A stretch of DNA of 63,624 nucleotides, counting the filler, from Octopus bimaculoides (taxonomy: Eukaryota): NCBI RefSeq assembly GCF_001194135.2. It is 7 parts of 6 records of this genome, joined end to end, with 100 filler letters (N's around TTAATTAATTAA, not from the genome) between each part and the next. Parts side by side here need not be neighbours in the genome. Positions count along the whole stretch, not along the records: positions 40,899 to 56,565 come from NC_068982.1; positions 56,666 to 60,495 come from NW_026407055.1; positions 60,596 to 62,450 come from NW_026409822.1; positions 62,551 to 63,624 come from NW_026381729.1; 3 more parts are not named here. One strand, written 5' to 3'. The notes below the pieces were generated by a model. It worked only from the letters and a program-made list of their open reading frames with translations. It was not told where the DNA came from and did no database searches. This document shows positions 51,447-63,624 of this stretch, piece by piece (position 1 is the stretch's first letter; the number at the start of each line of letters is the position of its first letter). The position numbers and the translations under genes were made by a program.

Positions 51447-52244
51447 ACATAAATGAAATATAAAAAGAAATTAACAATTTTCCAACAGTCATACAGTATG
51501 AGAAAGGAGGTTATAAGATGGAGGACAGTCATGTACAATAGGTAGTGTGAAGTATATATGTAATATGATTAAATGATACAGATGATTAACCCTCTAGATA
51601 ATCATGACTTTAAAGTATATGCAGAGATGAGCTTTAATATGGATTATGTGGATAAAATATTTTTCAGTTGTAAAGTAAATATTTTTGGAGCAAAACGTTT
51701 ATTGAGGGCTAATTCTGTTAATTTATATATTTTACCTATGCAATTCCTATTAAAACTTATTTCTATAGGTAAATATTTAAAGAATTAATATTTAATATTG
51801 ATTCAGAAAATTCGAGCATTGTTGCATTATTTGTATAAGAGCGTTATTTGTATAAGAAATCTAAAATATTTTTTACTTGATAATTCGGGTGCTCCTGTAT
51901 ATATGACATATATGTGTGTGTGTGTTTGTTGCATATAATTCGACCAGTCGTTTGATTACAATATTTCTTTTTATTGTCTCATTATATTATTGCATTTATA
52001 ATCGCTCTAAATCTAATTCTTTTTCTACTTTTTTCAGCCATTTCCCTAATCACATTATACAATACTTTCCATATAACAATTGAATGCAATTAATAATATG
52101 TACATAAATACAATATATATATATATANNNNNNNNNNNNNNNNNNNNNNNNNNNNNNNNNNNNNNNNNNNNNNNNNNNNNNNNNNNNNNNNNNNNNNNNN
52201 NNNNNNNNNNNNNNNNNNNNNNNNNNNNNNNNNNNNNNNNNNNN

Positions 52245-52296
<52 letters not shown>

Positions 52297-54687
52297 ATAG
52301 GTAAATAGAAACGCAGCAGTAAAATAATACGGTAGGAAAAATACAGACAATCAAATAATGCATGAAGTCAAACAAGCAAAACACGCGGCGTAATAGCGTA
52401 ACAATATGAAGTACAGCAATAACAATGGAAGGATATGAAGAATGGAAATGGATACATAAATATAGGTAACAGAGATTATAGCGTTCGTCGAAGAAAAGAA
52501 AACTAATAAGAATGGTAAGGTAAAAAATAGAGGCGAAGAGAAGTACACGGTTGCAATTGTTAAGTACAGGAGAGAACAGAAAATGAGGTCGAGAATATAG
52601 AGATACAATGAGCGTTACTATTTTCATTGTACACATTCTTCTATTGTTGGTGTTTCTGTCATATTTCTACGCTTTTTCTGGTTTGCTTGTCTGACTTCGA
52701 GTATTATGTGTTTGTTTGTCTCATAATCTTAATAGTTTTATATGCTTGTTCTTTATCTACTTATATTCTTATCGTCATGCATAACAAATCGTCGTTGCTT
52801 CGAGTGCAAAACAACAACTACTCCAAATGTATGTGTGTGAATGTGTGTGTGAGTGGTTATGTGAATATATTACGTGCGTGTACATCTGTGTAATAGCGTA
52901 GCGTTCAAACTGTGTCAGTAAGTAGAAGCTTAACGATTGCACGTCTTCTCTGTAGTTTAAGTTTTCAAGTTTCGTTATTTGTCACTTTGATTTGTTATTT
53001 CGGCGAGATTTTAGTTAAGCTTGGGCTACTTTCACAATAAGAAACCTAATAGTGATGTTTATTTTTGAGAAACTCAACACTGATAGGTTTCTCATAGTGA
53101 AAGCTCTTAGCATTTTGCCATTGAGCTCTCAGCAATGTAGACAACTTTCTGTGAATGTGCACAAGCAAATGTGCATCACTTGCTTTAGTTATGCACAACC
53201 CACAAACTGATTCGGCATTTTGAATTGTTTCTTTGCTTAGCGATAAATGGTATGTTTCTGTGTCAGCTTTCTGTTTGCAACATATGGCATACTGTTCTCC
53301 AACGTTGAGAAACATGCTATTCAAATTTTACCAATCTTTTACAACATCTAATTTTTTGTTGGAGCATATATATCTCACAGTTTTAAGTATCGTCTCTGTT
53401 CCTCTGAGTATGGTGGCTCATTGCGTAATTTTATCTATTTCTCTCAGTTTTAATCACATGGTGGCCAAGAACGATACCTGGTACTTACTATTTTTTAGGC
53501 CAGCCTATCCGATTCGAAAGAGAGTACGGTTGACTATATCTGTGTTACTCTTGGCTTGAATAAAATAAAAGAGACGAACGCGCAACCTTTATGCTACAGC
53601 GACGCATTTTAGCTTGTGACATGATATCCGATATTAAATTTTATCGACGCCTTTGGCGTATTCAGTGTGTGAAGACTCAGAAAATAAGCATTGTAGAAAT
53701 TGGTTGTATTCTCGAAGAAACTGTATATTCCGAGGTGCACAATATCTTGGCTATTATTATTGGAATTCACATTGTCGAAATAATTTATTATTCTTTTGAG
53801 CATAAATTTCCTCTAGCACTTTCAAAAGATTTAATGTTAGTGATACAGTGCTGCAGCTGATTGGTTGCGTACTACATAATCGTTGTTAATTGTTGTTGTT
53901 ACAGCTCATTAAAATGACCCGACGTCTAAATATTTCTAGTCGTAGAGTAATATCAGAAAATTGACAATGTAGACGTTGCAGAGAATAGGAGGTGGATTAG
54001 AGAGTAAGATGTCGCAATATTGAATTTGCGTGTACTTGGATTATTTTTAGTACTTGGTTTATTTTTTGCTCTTAGAATTGTATCCATTTAGTTGATGAGA
54101 GAAGCATTAGATAAGTGGAATATCTCTACATTTTCTATTTATTACTCGTATTTGTGCAGAAGACATATTGCTATTCGCGATGACTTAATTGGGTAATGTC
54201 TCGCCGTAATGATTGTATTTTCATAGGGCAACAAAGCCTTTGAGTTCAACTTGATCGCCATGACTTCTTTCATGCTGAATTCTGTTCTTAAAAACATTTC
54301 TTTACAGCTATATTGATCCTTTTTTTATATCATGTTGGGAAAGTAACGCACTAATCAAGCGTTTTCCGCCAAAACAGTAACTCCCAAAAGTTCACAATCC
54401 ACCTTTGTTTCTTCTTGTGGAAACTAGCAAACAGACCCCATAAGGTTCGAGAAGTCTTTGGACAAATTCCTTCTAAAAGTCCCGGATACGTCTCCATAAA
54501 CAATAGTTCTCTCCTCGAGTGGGTCATGTTGTCCGATTCCTGATTTTAACGAATTTGCCAGATAATGCTATTAAGTTAGACATGGCCTGGGCCAATACTG
54601 GTCGAAACTTATCAAAGTAAAGTATAACGCAAGAGGTGTAAATGAAGGTAGCGACATCAAACTCCATTCTTCACCAAGTGCCATGCA

Positions 54688-54796
54688 TTATATTATATTA
54701 TATTATATTACATTATATTATATTATATTATATATTATATAATGGAGAAATTGTACAAAATGTACAAATGGATGATGAGTAAATCACCGGCAATGT

Positions 54797-54828
<32 letters not shown>

Positions 54829-55330
54829 NNNNNNNNNNNNNNNNNNNNNNNNNNNNNNNNNNNNNNNNNNNNNNNNNNNNNNNNNNNNNNNNNNNNNNNN
54901 NNNNNNNNNNNNNNNNNNNNNNNNNNNNNNNNNNNNNNNNNNNNNNNNNNNNNNNNNNNNNNNNNNNNNNNNNNNNNNNNNNNNNNNNNNNNNNNNNNNN
55001 NNNNNNNNNNNNNNNNNNNNNNNNNNNNNNNNNNNNNNNNNNNNNNNNNNNNNNNNNNNNNNNNNNNNNNNNNNNNNNNNNNNNNNNNNNNNNNNNNNNN
55101 NNNNNNNNNNNNNNNNNNNNNNNNNNNNNNNNNNNNNNNNNNNNNNNNNNNNNNNNNNNNNNNNNNNNNNNNNNNNNNNNNNNNNNNNNNNNNNNNNNNN
55201 NNNNNNNNNNNNNNNNNNNNNNNNNNNNNNNNNNNNNNNNNNNNTATAATATTATATTATATTATATCATATTATTTTATATTATATTATATTGTTTTAT
55301 ATTATATTATATATTGTATTATATTATAAC
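54688..55330. repeat. (ATATT)n pentanucleotide tracts flanking a gap
   Basis: 54688-54742 and 55246-55330. Confidence 0.8.
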
Positions 55331-55357
55331 AAAAGAGAGGTTGCATTTCCATAATTG

Positions 55358-56250
55358 TTTCTAATATGGGCACAAGGCCAGAAATGTGAGTGGTTGAGCG
55401 GTTTAATTGATTAAAATGACACTAGTACAGAGCTGGCGCTTATTTTATCGTTACGACCGGGTGAAAGTAAAGCTGATCTCGGCAGTGCTTATAGGGCATT
55501 TTTTCACGAATCCAGTAGCAGTCGTAGTGAATTTTGACCGTGTTGACAATATTATTCGTCACAAATAAAAATTAGCTGTGTAGAACTTTTATTGAGGAAG
55601 TAGTAATTTCAAGGGTTACGTCAAATGAAAGGCCTATCATACAGAATGCTCAGATAGTTCTGTTGATGAACCAAAGTCATTTTGTTTTTATGGGTCTACG
55701 TTCTATAGACTGTCCTGGAAAAAATATACACTTCAAACTTCTACATAGCTGTCACAGACTTGAACTAGAAACGATTGAGGACGGCGGTCTCCTTATCTCG
55801 AAACAAGCGCGTTAAGCACACACGCACATATAATTTTTTCTAAGGCCAGCAGTTTTAGTTGGAGGGGAGGGGTTAAATCTATAACATCTACCCGGGTAGT
55901 AAACTGGTACTTATATTATCGACCTCGAATGGATGAAAGATAAAGTCAACCGGAAGAAAGTGAACTCAGAATGCCGAGAACGGGAAGAAATGCTTCCAAC
56001 GATTCTGATAGCCCACTGCTTCATTACGAATGTATTAATAACAAAAGAAGACTATTACACTTGTTCCAACTGCTTATTAAAAGCGGCGAGCTGGCAAAGT
56101 GGTTTGCTCACCGGACAAAATATTGAGCGGCATTTCGTCCATCTTTACTGACGAGGTCGACTTCGCCTTTCATCCTTTCAGATATTGAGCTTTATGTAAT
56201 CTAGTAACTCCCTTCCCCAAATTTCAGGCCTTGTGCCTCTATTAGAAAGG
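55358..56250. mobile_element. Cluster of three family-A SINE copies (-, -, +)
   Basis: 55358-55490 (-), 55835-56010 (-) and 56080-56250 (+, GCGGCGAGCTGGCAAAG...GTCGACTTCGCCTTTTCATCCTTTC). Confidence 0.65.
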
Positions 56251-56705
56251 GTTGTTATAACACTTTATGCCTTATATATTGAATATTTTCCTTCAAGTTT
56301 GTACAACTTGGAATGCCTGTCATTTTATCTTTAGAATTTCTGAGATGTGAATTTATTCCTATTATATATTGTTTCATTGGAATTAGTATGCTCATCCTGG
56401 ATGCTGTTATAGTCGCAATGTTTCAACCGTCGTGCACACTTCACTCTTCTTCCCACCAACTAATAGGAGTATATCTCTAGTAAAGTAAACAAAATAAACA
56501 CGATCTGTTCTAGTAAAAAAAAAAAAGGCTTCTTTACCGCACGTGACAACAACTGAAAAAAAACTNNNNNNNNNNNNNNNNNNNNNNNNNNNNNNNNNNN
56601 NNNNNNNNNTTAATTAATTAANNNNNNNNNNNNNNNNNNNNNNNNNNNNNNNNNNNNNNNNNNNNATAAAGAATAAATGGAGCAAAACGCATATAATAAA
56701 TAAGT

Positions 56706-56801
56706 TCCTTTAATTTAAACGCATGTTTCGAAAATTATATGCACTCTATTCCAAAGGAATAAAAGATGTTATTATATATGTAATTTTCTCTTCAGGGAAG
56801 C
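56706..56801 (-). ncRNA. Degenerate hammerhead-like core in the PLE 3' repeat
   Basis: Minus strand CTGAAGA-GAAAATTA...TAATTTTC-GAAA-CATGCGTT; 8-bp stem II, but no convincing stem I. Confidence 0.4.
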
Positions 56802-58229
56802 ATTTTGCAAATGCAAGACTTGTACCGAATGTGAAAATTACGTATTTGGAAGAACACTATATAGCTTAGTTTAAAAAGACTGTTAGATGTAAGAACGCTA
56901 GGTAACAGGGTGTAGGTATGTAACGCTAGGTAACAGGAAGTAATGAATGCTACAATTAGAGTTTAAATTAAACAGATGACATAATAAACCACAAAAAATT
57001 CTTTAAAATGATAAATTAAGTGTTTGATAAAATATGTATGTAAGTGGAAAGAAAAAGGGAAATAATCCAGTGGATTTGTGTTAAGAGTGTATGTTCATGT
57101 TCGTAAAATTTCTTAAATAATCGTGTAGCAATAAAGTTGCTTATAAAGTGAATATCATATTAATTACAGTAATTAACCTAAGTAAATGGCAATACATAAT
57201 ATAATATTATAAAGTAATGAAAGAATAAATAAATAACGTGAATAAATGTATTTGCAATAAATACATATTTAAAGTTATATTTAAATTCATGTTTAAACTA
57301 AATCAGTATATTCTGCAAAAAAAAACGTGCATCCTTACATATTACTTTATGACATATAGGTATATTAATAAAAATAGAAGCGAATATTAGACAGAATACA
57401 GAAGTAAAGTATGAGTAGAAAAAGAATATTTAAAAATATTCTTATAGATGAAGAAAAGAATGATTTAAACCTGGATTTGAGAGAGATGTACGAAGGGAAG
57501 TAACCATGTATTTTATTTTATTATATTACTTACGAAAACCAGATCATTAGTATATACAAAATATATACGTAAACTATATGAATATAACTATACCTGGAGT
57601 AATAAACTGTACTAACTTGAGAAGGATAGAGTTTAGGGTCAACTACCATTGGAGTTAGTTATAATTGTTATTTTAGATAATATTATATTATTATTATTAT
57701 TGTTATTATTGTTATTATTATTATTATTATTTAGGAGATGGATATGTGATAATAATATTATAAATAAATAAATAATAAAAAAATAAAAGTAACCTTATGT
57801 GTATAGATAATGGGAACAAGTTTGTTAGACAAACTAAAAGTAATGTTAATGTTAAGTTGATATTAAAGTTATGGTCTAGTCTATACAATGCAGAAATGCT
57901 GCATTAACATATATGGGTACTAAGGAGGCAAATAAAAATTACAAAGTTATAATTAACTTGAATATATTTGAGTATGATTATAAAACCAAAGGATAAAAAA
58001 TAATAAACTATAATAAAAAATGTGATAAGAATAAGAGACTTATCTAGCAACAAAGATAAGTTGGAGGAATAGTCCAAATGGGTAAATGCAAGTAATTAGA
58101 AGAGATTTATTACCTAAATTAAATTAAATACAAAGTGGAGAAATTGTACATAACACATGTTATGTAATGGTTAACTAGTGAGAATGTTGGTAGTTAAATA
58201 AAAAATAACTAAATGTAATAAATGGGATG

Positions 58230-60420
58230 AATCAATGAAATGAGCTGAAAGTGTGTTTCCTCCAATGCTGGCATCGGTATGCTCTCCGTGTAATCTGGTT
58301 CACTAAATTATTCTTGGAGAACAGAATGTACAACAGCTCCAAGTTACAAAGAGGACAAAAATCCTTACCCTTGTCGTAGGGTATTGAGGTAGCTAGTATT
58401 GACCATTCTAAAGAGAATTGCTTATTGCAGTCCTTAAGTTTTCAAATTAACTTGCTAAGACCCGTGCTATTATATTTATTCTTATCCCTAAAAGTTGAGT
58501 AATGATTTGAGATTCTCTTAGAAATCTGTGAGGAAGAACAACCTATGTAATAAAAATCATCTGTGTTAGTGGTTACTTTACATTGATAAACCACATTTTT
58601 GGTCTTAGCATTCACATTCAAAAATTTGATTCTATTACAATTAGATTCCGAAATACTAATCTTGTTGTTATAAGAAATATTATTATATTTAATATTGTTG
58701 CTCTTATTAACTTTATTTATATCTATATAACTATTGTTACCATGGGAATGGGCTGTATTGCTGGAATTATTGTTATTATTATTATCATCATTATTATTAT
58801 TATAATTAGTATGGCTGTCTAGATGCGAATCCAAAAGTCTAAAATTATGGGAAGAAATTATTTGCAAAATATATTTTGTATTAGAAAAACCAAATCTAAC
58901 CTTGTGTGTATTGATGATTGGGTAATAGCGAGAACCCCTAGGAAAGTTCCTATTCACCACGTCACGGAACTGCAAAACCAAATTAGATTTAATTTGTTTC
59001 TCAAATGGGATGATGAACCAGATGTTGTCATCAGATTTAGGTGCAGTATTGGTATTGCTATATCTAAAAAATTTTAGTTTTCTATTGTTCTAAGGGGGTT
59101 TAAAATCGGTAAAACCTCCTCTTTTATGCAAAAGATTATATGTATGTTCCTCTTTCTCGGTAAAGTGAGAAGAAGAAAAGGAAGAAATAGAATTGAATTT
59201 ATTTCTGCTAGTAGTACTAATATCTTGATGTTCAAATGTTGAAAATTCACTAACAGAATTAATATATCTGACTTTGTCTTTATAACCTGCCTTGAGTAAG
59301 GCAGAGTTATAAAAGTCAGCCTCTTTGTTGAAAATGCTGGAGTTTGATGAAAGGTTAGACAGTCTAAGTGATATATTCTTAACTAAATTACTGGTGGCTG
59401 ATCTTGGATGGTTGCTAAAAGGGCTAATGTACTTAAGATTCATTGATGGTTTAGGGTATGGGAAGTGAGTATTGCTATGTAAGTCCAGAGTTATATTGAG
59501 GAAGTTAGCTACGAAGACCTCATCCTCAAAAACAATGCCAAAACCCATTCTCCGGAAGAATCTAACTAATCTATTTTTAACTTTTTGAATGTGTTGGTTA
59601 GTGGCATTTTGGAGGTAGAGTAGACAATCATCTCTGTATAGACCTCCATTAATATCTGGGAATTGGTCTGCCAATTCATAGAGTATATATGAACAAACTA
59701 TGTCAGCTATCTCAGACAAATCTGAACTTCCCATAGGGATGTCGAAAGCTTCTGGAGTATCTTTGCGTATCTATAGCGTATTGTGAAATTTTATTATCGA
59801 TTTTCTAGCAGCTAAGATAACACTAATTTCGTCCCTAGAGACCTGCCTTATTATGGGTGAACCAGAGTGCCTTATTAAGTATTATGGGGTTTATTGATGA
59901 ATAGAAATTAGAAATGTCGAACTGTATAAATTTAGTATTACTCTTATCTTTAATGGAAATAAACCATTCTATTACCTGTGATGAATTAGACAATAATCTT
60001 AGTTTTAATTTATCCACTATGTTTTTGCTAAGTACGCCTATGTCTGACCTAGAGCGACAAATTAGACGTAGAGTAGGGTTAGTCCAAAATTTTTTTTTGT
60101 GGTCCTTAAGAACAGAGTGGGGCTGTTTAGGGTCCAAAGGTTCTGTTCTATGTTGTAGGTTGAAATTGTCCATAATTTTTTTAGCTTCCAGATTGGCTTT
60201 CCGGAATATATTTCTATTGGTAATCTTATAATTTTTTTCTATTTCCTTTTTAAGTTATTCCATGTATTTTTCCTTAGATAGTTTATATAGATTTCCTGTT
60301 TTGTCTGACTGTACTAACATTCCATTGGTTCTATTAATTATTTGGGTGACGCTGTGAGGTATCTCAGATGAATGTTCTTTAGAGGTGAGTGGTGAAATTT
60401 AATATTCTTCACTATTGACC
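58230..60420 (-). mobile_element. Penelope-like retroelement, RT + GIY-YIG ORF with stops and frameshifts
   Basis: RLICRSRSDIG, IQFDISNFYSSI, PMGSSDLSEIAD...GLYRDDCL, KYISPFSNHP, NVVYQCKV...YYIGCSS...RISNH and FCPLCNLELLYI. Confidence 0.92.
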
Positions 60421-60595
60421 AAAGAAATTTTACGAACATGAACAAACACTCTTAACACAAATCCACTGGATTATTTCCCTTTTTCTTTCCACTTANNNNN
60501 NNNNNNNNNNNNNNNNNNNNNNNNNNNNNNNNNNNNNNNTTAATTAATTAANNNNNNNNNNNNNNNNNNNNNNNNNNNNNNNNNNNNNNNNNNNN

Positions 60596-62450
60596 CGGAT
60601 TTCGAAAGTACGTGCGTCCGTTCGGCCTCCTTCTTCACCGTTCGAGCACAATTCGAACTTACGTACGTCCTTTCGGCCTCCCTCTGCACCGTTCGAGCGC
60701 AATACGAACGTACGTGCGTTCGTTCGGCCTCCCTCTGCACCGTTCGAGCTCAATTCAAACGTACGTGCGTACTTTCGGCCTCCTTCCTCACCGTTCGAGC
60801 GCAATACGAACGTACGTGCGTCCGTTCGGGGATCCTCTGCACCGTTCGAGCTGAATTCGAACGTAACAGGTCCGTTCGTCCTCATTCTGCACCGTTCGAG
60901 TCGNNNNNNNNNNNNNNNNNNNNNNNNNNNNNNNNNNNNNNNNNNNNNNNNNNNNNNNNNNNNNNNNNNNNNNNNNNNNNNNNNNNNNNNNNNNNNNNNN
61001 NNNNNNNNNNNNNNNNNNNNNNNNNNNNNNNNNNNNNNNNNNNNNNNNNNNNNNNNNNNNNNNNNNNNNNNNNNNNNNNNNNNNNNNNNNNNNNNNNNNN
61101 NNNNNNNNNNNNNNNNNNNNNNNNNNNNNNNNNNNNNNNNNNNNNNNNNNNNNNNNNNNNNNNNNNNNNNNNNNNNNNNNNNNNNNNNNNNNNNNNNNNN
61201 NNNNNNNNNNNNNNNNNNNNNNNNNNNNNNNNNNNNNNNNNNNNNNNNNNNNNNNNNNNNNNNNNNNNNNNNNNNNNNNNNNNNNNNNNNNNNNNNNNNN
61301 NNNNNNNNNNNNNNNNNNNNNNNNNNNNNNNNNNNNNNNNNNNNNNNNNNNNNNNNNNNNNNNNNNNNNNNNNNNNNNNNNNNNNNNNNNNNNNNNNNNN
61401 NNNNNNNNNNNNNNNNNNNNNNNNNNNNNNNNNNNNNNNNNNNNNNNNNNNNNNNNNNNNNNNNNNNNNNNNNNNNNNNNNNNNNNNNNNNNNNNNNNNN
61501 NNNNNNNNNNNNNNNNNNNNNNNNNNNNNNNNNNNNNNNNNNNNNNNNNNNNNNNNNNNNNNNNNNNNNNNNNNNNNNNNNNNNNNNNNNNNNNNNNNNN
61601 NNNNNNNNNNNNNNNNNNNNNNNNNNNNNNNNNNNNNNNNNNNNNNNNNNNNNNNNNNNNNNNNNATTCGAGCGCAATTCGAACGTACTTGCGTCCATTC
61701 GGCCTCCCTCTGCACCGTTCGAGCTGAATTCGAACATATTTGCGTACGTTCGTCCTCATTCTGCACCGTATGAGTCGAATTCGCACGTTCCTGCGTCCGT
61801 TCTGCCCCCTCCACCGTTCGAGCTGAATTTGAACGTACGTGCGTCCGTTCGGCATCCATCTGCACCGTTCGAGCGGAATTCGAACGTACGTCTGTCCTTT
61901 AGGCCTCCCTCTGCACCGTTCTAGCGCAATTCGAACGTACGTGCGTATTCGGCCTCCCTCTGCACCGTTCGTGATTAATTCGAACGTACGTGCCTCCGTT
62001 CGGCATCCCTCTGCACCGTTCAAGCGGAATTCAAATGTACGTCCGTCCGTTCGGCCCCCTCCACCTTTCGAGCGCAATTTGGACGTACATGCGTCCATTC
62101 GGCCTCCCTCTGCACCGTTCGAGCTGAATTCGAACGAACGTACGCCCGTTCGTCCTCATTCTACACCGTTCGAGTCGAATTCGAACGTTCGTGCGTCCGT
62201 TCGGCCTCCCTCTGCACCGTTTGAGCGGAATTCGAACGTACGTCCGTCCTTTCGGCTTTCGTCNNNNNNNNNNTCTGCACCGTTTGAGCGGAATTCGAAC
62301 GTACGTCCGTCCTTTCGGCTTTCGTCTGCACCGTTCTAGTGCAATTCGAACGTACGTGCGTATTCGGCCACCCACTGCACCGTTCGAGCGGAATTCGAAC
62401 GTACGTGCGTCCTTTCGGCGTCACTCCGCACCGTTCGTACGGAATTGGAA
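60596..62450. repeat. CpG-rich 51-bp tandem satellite (gapped)
   Basis: Approximate consensus CTGCACCGTTCGAGCGCAATTCGAACGTACGTGCGTCCGTTCGGCCTCCCT; CCGTTCGAG recurs at 60638, 60689 and 60740. Confidence 0.95.
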
Positions 62451-62550
62451 NNNNNNNNNNNNNNNNNNNNNNNNNNNNNNNNNNNNNNNNNNNNTTAATT
62501 AATTAANNNNNNNNNNNNNNNNNNNNNNNNNNNNNNNNNNNNNNNNNNNN

Positions 62551-63050
62551 GGAATTACCGACTAGAACTTGTTCCAGCTCATCATAAAAATCTTCCACAT
62601 TGCCATTGGTGGGACTGTAGGCTTTCATGATCTTCATGGTTGACTTTCTGGGGTTGAACATTTAGCACTCTTATCAGCCCATTCCTTGCTGACAATGGAC
62701 CCGATGCCTCTGACTGCTTGAGGACCTTCTGCATATCTCAATCTCACAATGCGTCCATCCTTCCATTTTGCATTCAACTCATTTCTCTGACACATTTCAC
62801 AAAGTCCTAACACATCACACTTGATCTTACCCTTCTCTTCCATTAGATGGTTCAGTCCAGTCCCTTGTACCAAAGTTCTACAGTTATAGGTACATATAAG
62901 CTTNNNNNNNNNNGTCCAGTCCCTTGTACCAAAGTTCTACAGTTATAGGTACATATAAGCTTAGTCCTTTTCTGTGGCCGCTTCTGGGCACCAGAGACTT
63001 TTAGCATCCTCTCACTGTTTCATTGGTGCACAGGGGACTGTGGCCCATTT
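62551..63050 (-). mobile_element. RTE-type LINE 5' part (APE endonuclease)
   Basis: LICTYNCRTL...IKCDVLGLCEM...GIGSIVSKEW and AYSPTNGNVEDFYDELEQV. Confidence 0.85.
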
Positions 63051-63229
63051 CCTCATGCTGTTTGAGCCATTAAATGATGCCACCCCACTGGCAAGGCAGG
63101 AAGGCCATTCACCTCTTCAGTTTAACTTACCTTCAGCCTCTACAGAATACTCTTTATACCCACTTTGTTAGTTTGGTGCCTTTGTGGCTAGGTTGGACTG
63201 CCAGGGTATATGTACATATACCCAACCAC

Positions 63230-63624
63230 CACAGCCACACCGAGTCAATGAAGTACATGTAGTGAGCACTTAAGTGAATGGAAAGGAGGAAATGGAGATT
63301 TGCCAAACCTTCTACACCAATATCTTCAAATCTACTGTGGCAGTCATCCTCCATTGTCATACAGAGTACAAGAAGTACCATCTGTTTTGGTGTGACAGTT
63401 TGAAAAAGAGCAAAGCACTGGGCTAGGATGGTATAACATCTGAAACGTAGGCTGGCATAGAGCAGCTGTGGCAAGTCCTTGCTCTGTGTTTCAGTCACTA
63501 CATAAGAGAAGGTCATATACCCTCACAATGGAAAGAACCGAACACCATCCTGTTGTACAAGAAGGGTGATTTCAGGAACTATCACCCAATATATCTCCTG
63601 TCTCACATATACAATCTGTTTATG
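63230..63624 (+). mobile_element. RTE-type LINE, start of RT
   Basis: KALG*DGITSET and EGHIPSQWKEPNTILLYKKGDFRNYHPIYLLSHIYNLF; runs off the window end. Confidence 0.8.

Noticed and set aside
60596-62450. CRISPR array (palindromic repeats at a regular period)
   Set aside because: There are no unique spacers because the whole 51-bp unit repeats. There are no cas genes, and the context is eukaryotic.
62855-62962. 49-bp direct duplication; similar cases near 62223-62320 and 4818/5367
   Set aside because: The copies directly flank N gaps and are best explained as unmerged contig overlaps.

Overview
AT-rich, microsatellite-dense animal genomic DNA from a gapped draft scaffold: many N runs, including six 100-bp gaps with a synthetic TTAATTAATTAA linker. 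The overall repeat style suggests a cephalopod such as octopus; this is inference only. Almost everything recognisable is decayed transposon. This includes at least six Tc1/mariner elements, a Chapaev-type element, four Penelope-like elements (some with hammerhead-ribozyme-like cores), RTE, CR1-like and RLE-type LINEs, tRNA-type SINEs, MITEs, a Helentron-type element and a CpG-rich 51-bp satellite. One host gene is supported: an intact 89-aa ORF (21312-21581, +) encoding a signal peptide and an 8-Cys mature peptide. Its cysteine spacing and intervening residues resemble a compacted CHH/ion-transport-peptide fold, a family generally regarded as ecdysozoan, which makes it the top candidate for something undescribed. 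Other notable structures are a 360-bp palindrome carrying two outward-facing hammerhead cores (41.3-41.6 kb), a 460-bp foldback (48.6-49.1 kb), a Penelope-like element with an inverted terminal repeat (56.7-60.5 kb) and the hairpin-bearing satellite (60.6-62.45 kb). No prokaryotic features, CRISPR arrays, rRNA or true tRNA genes were found.
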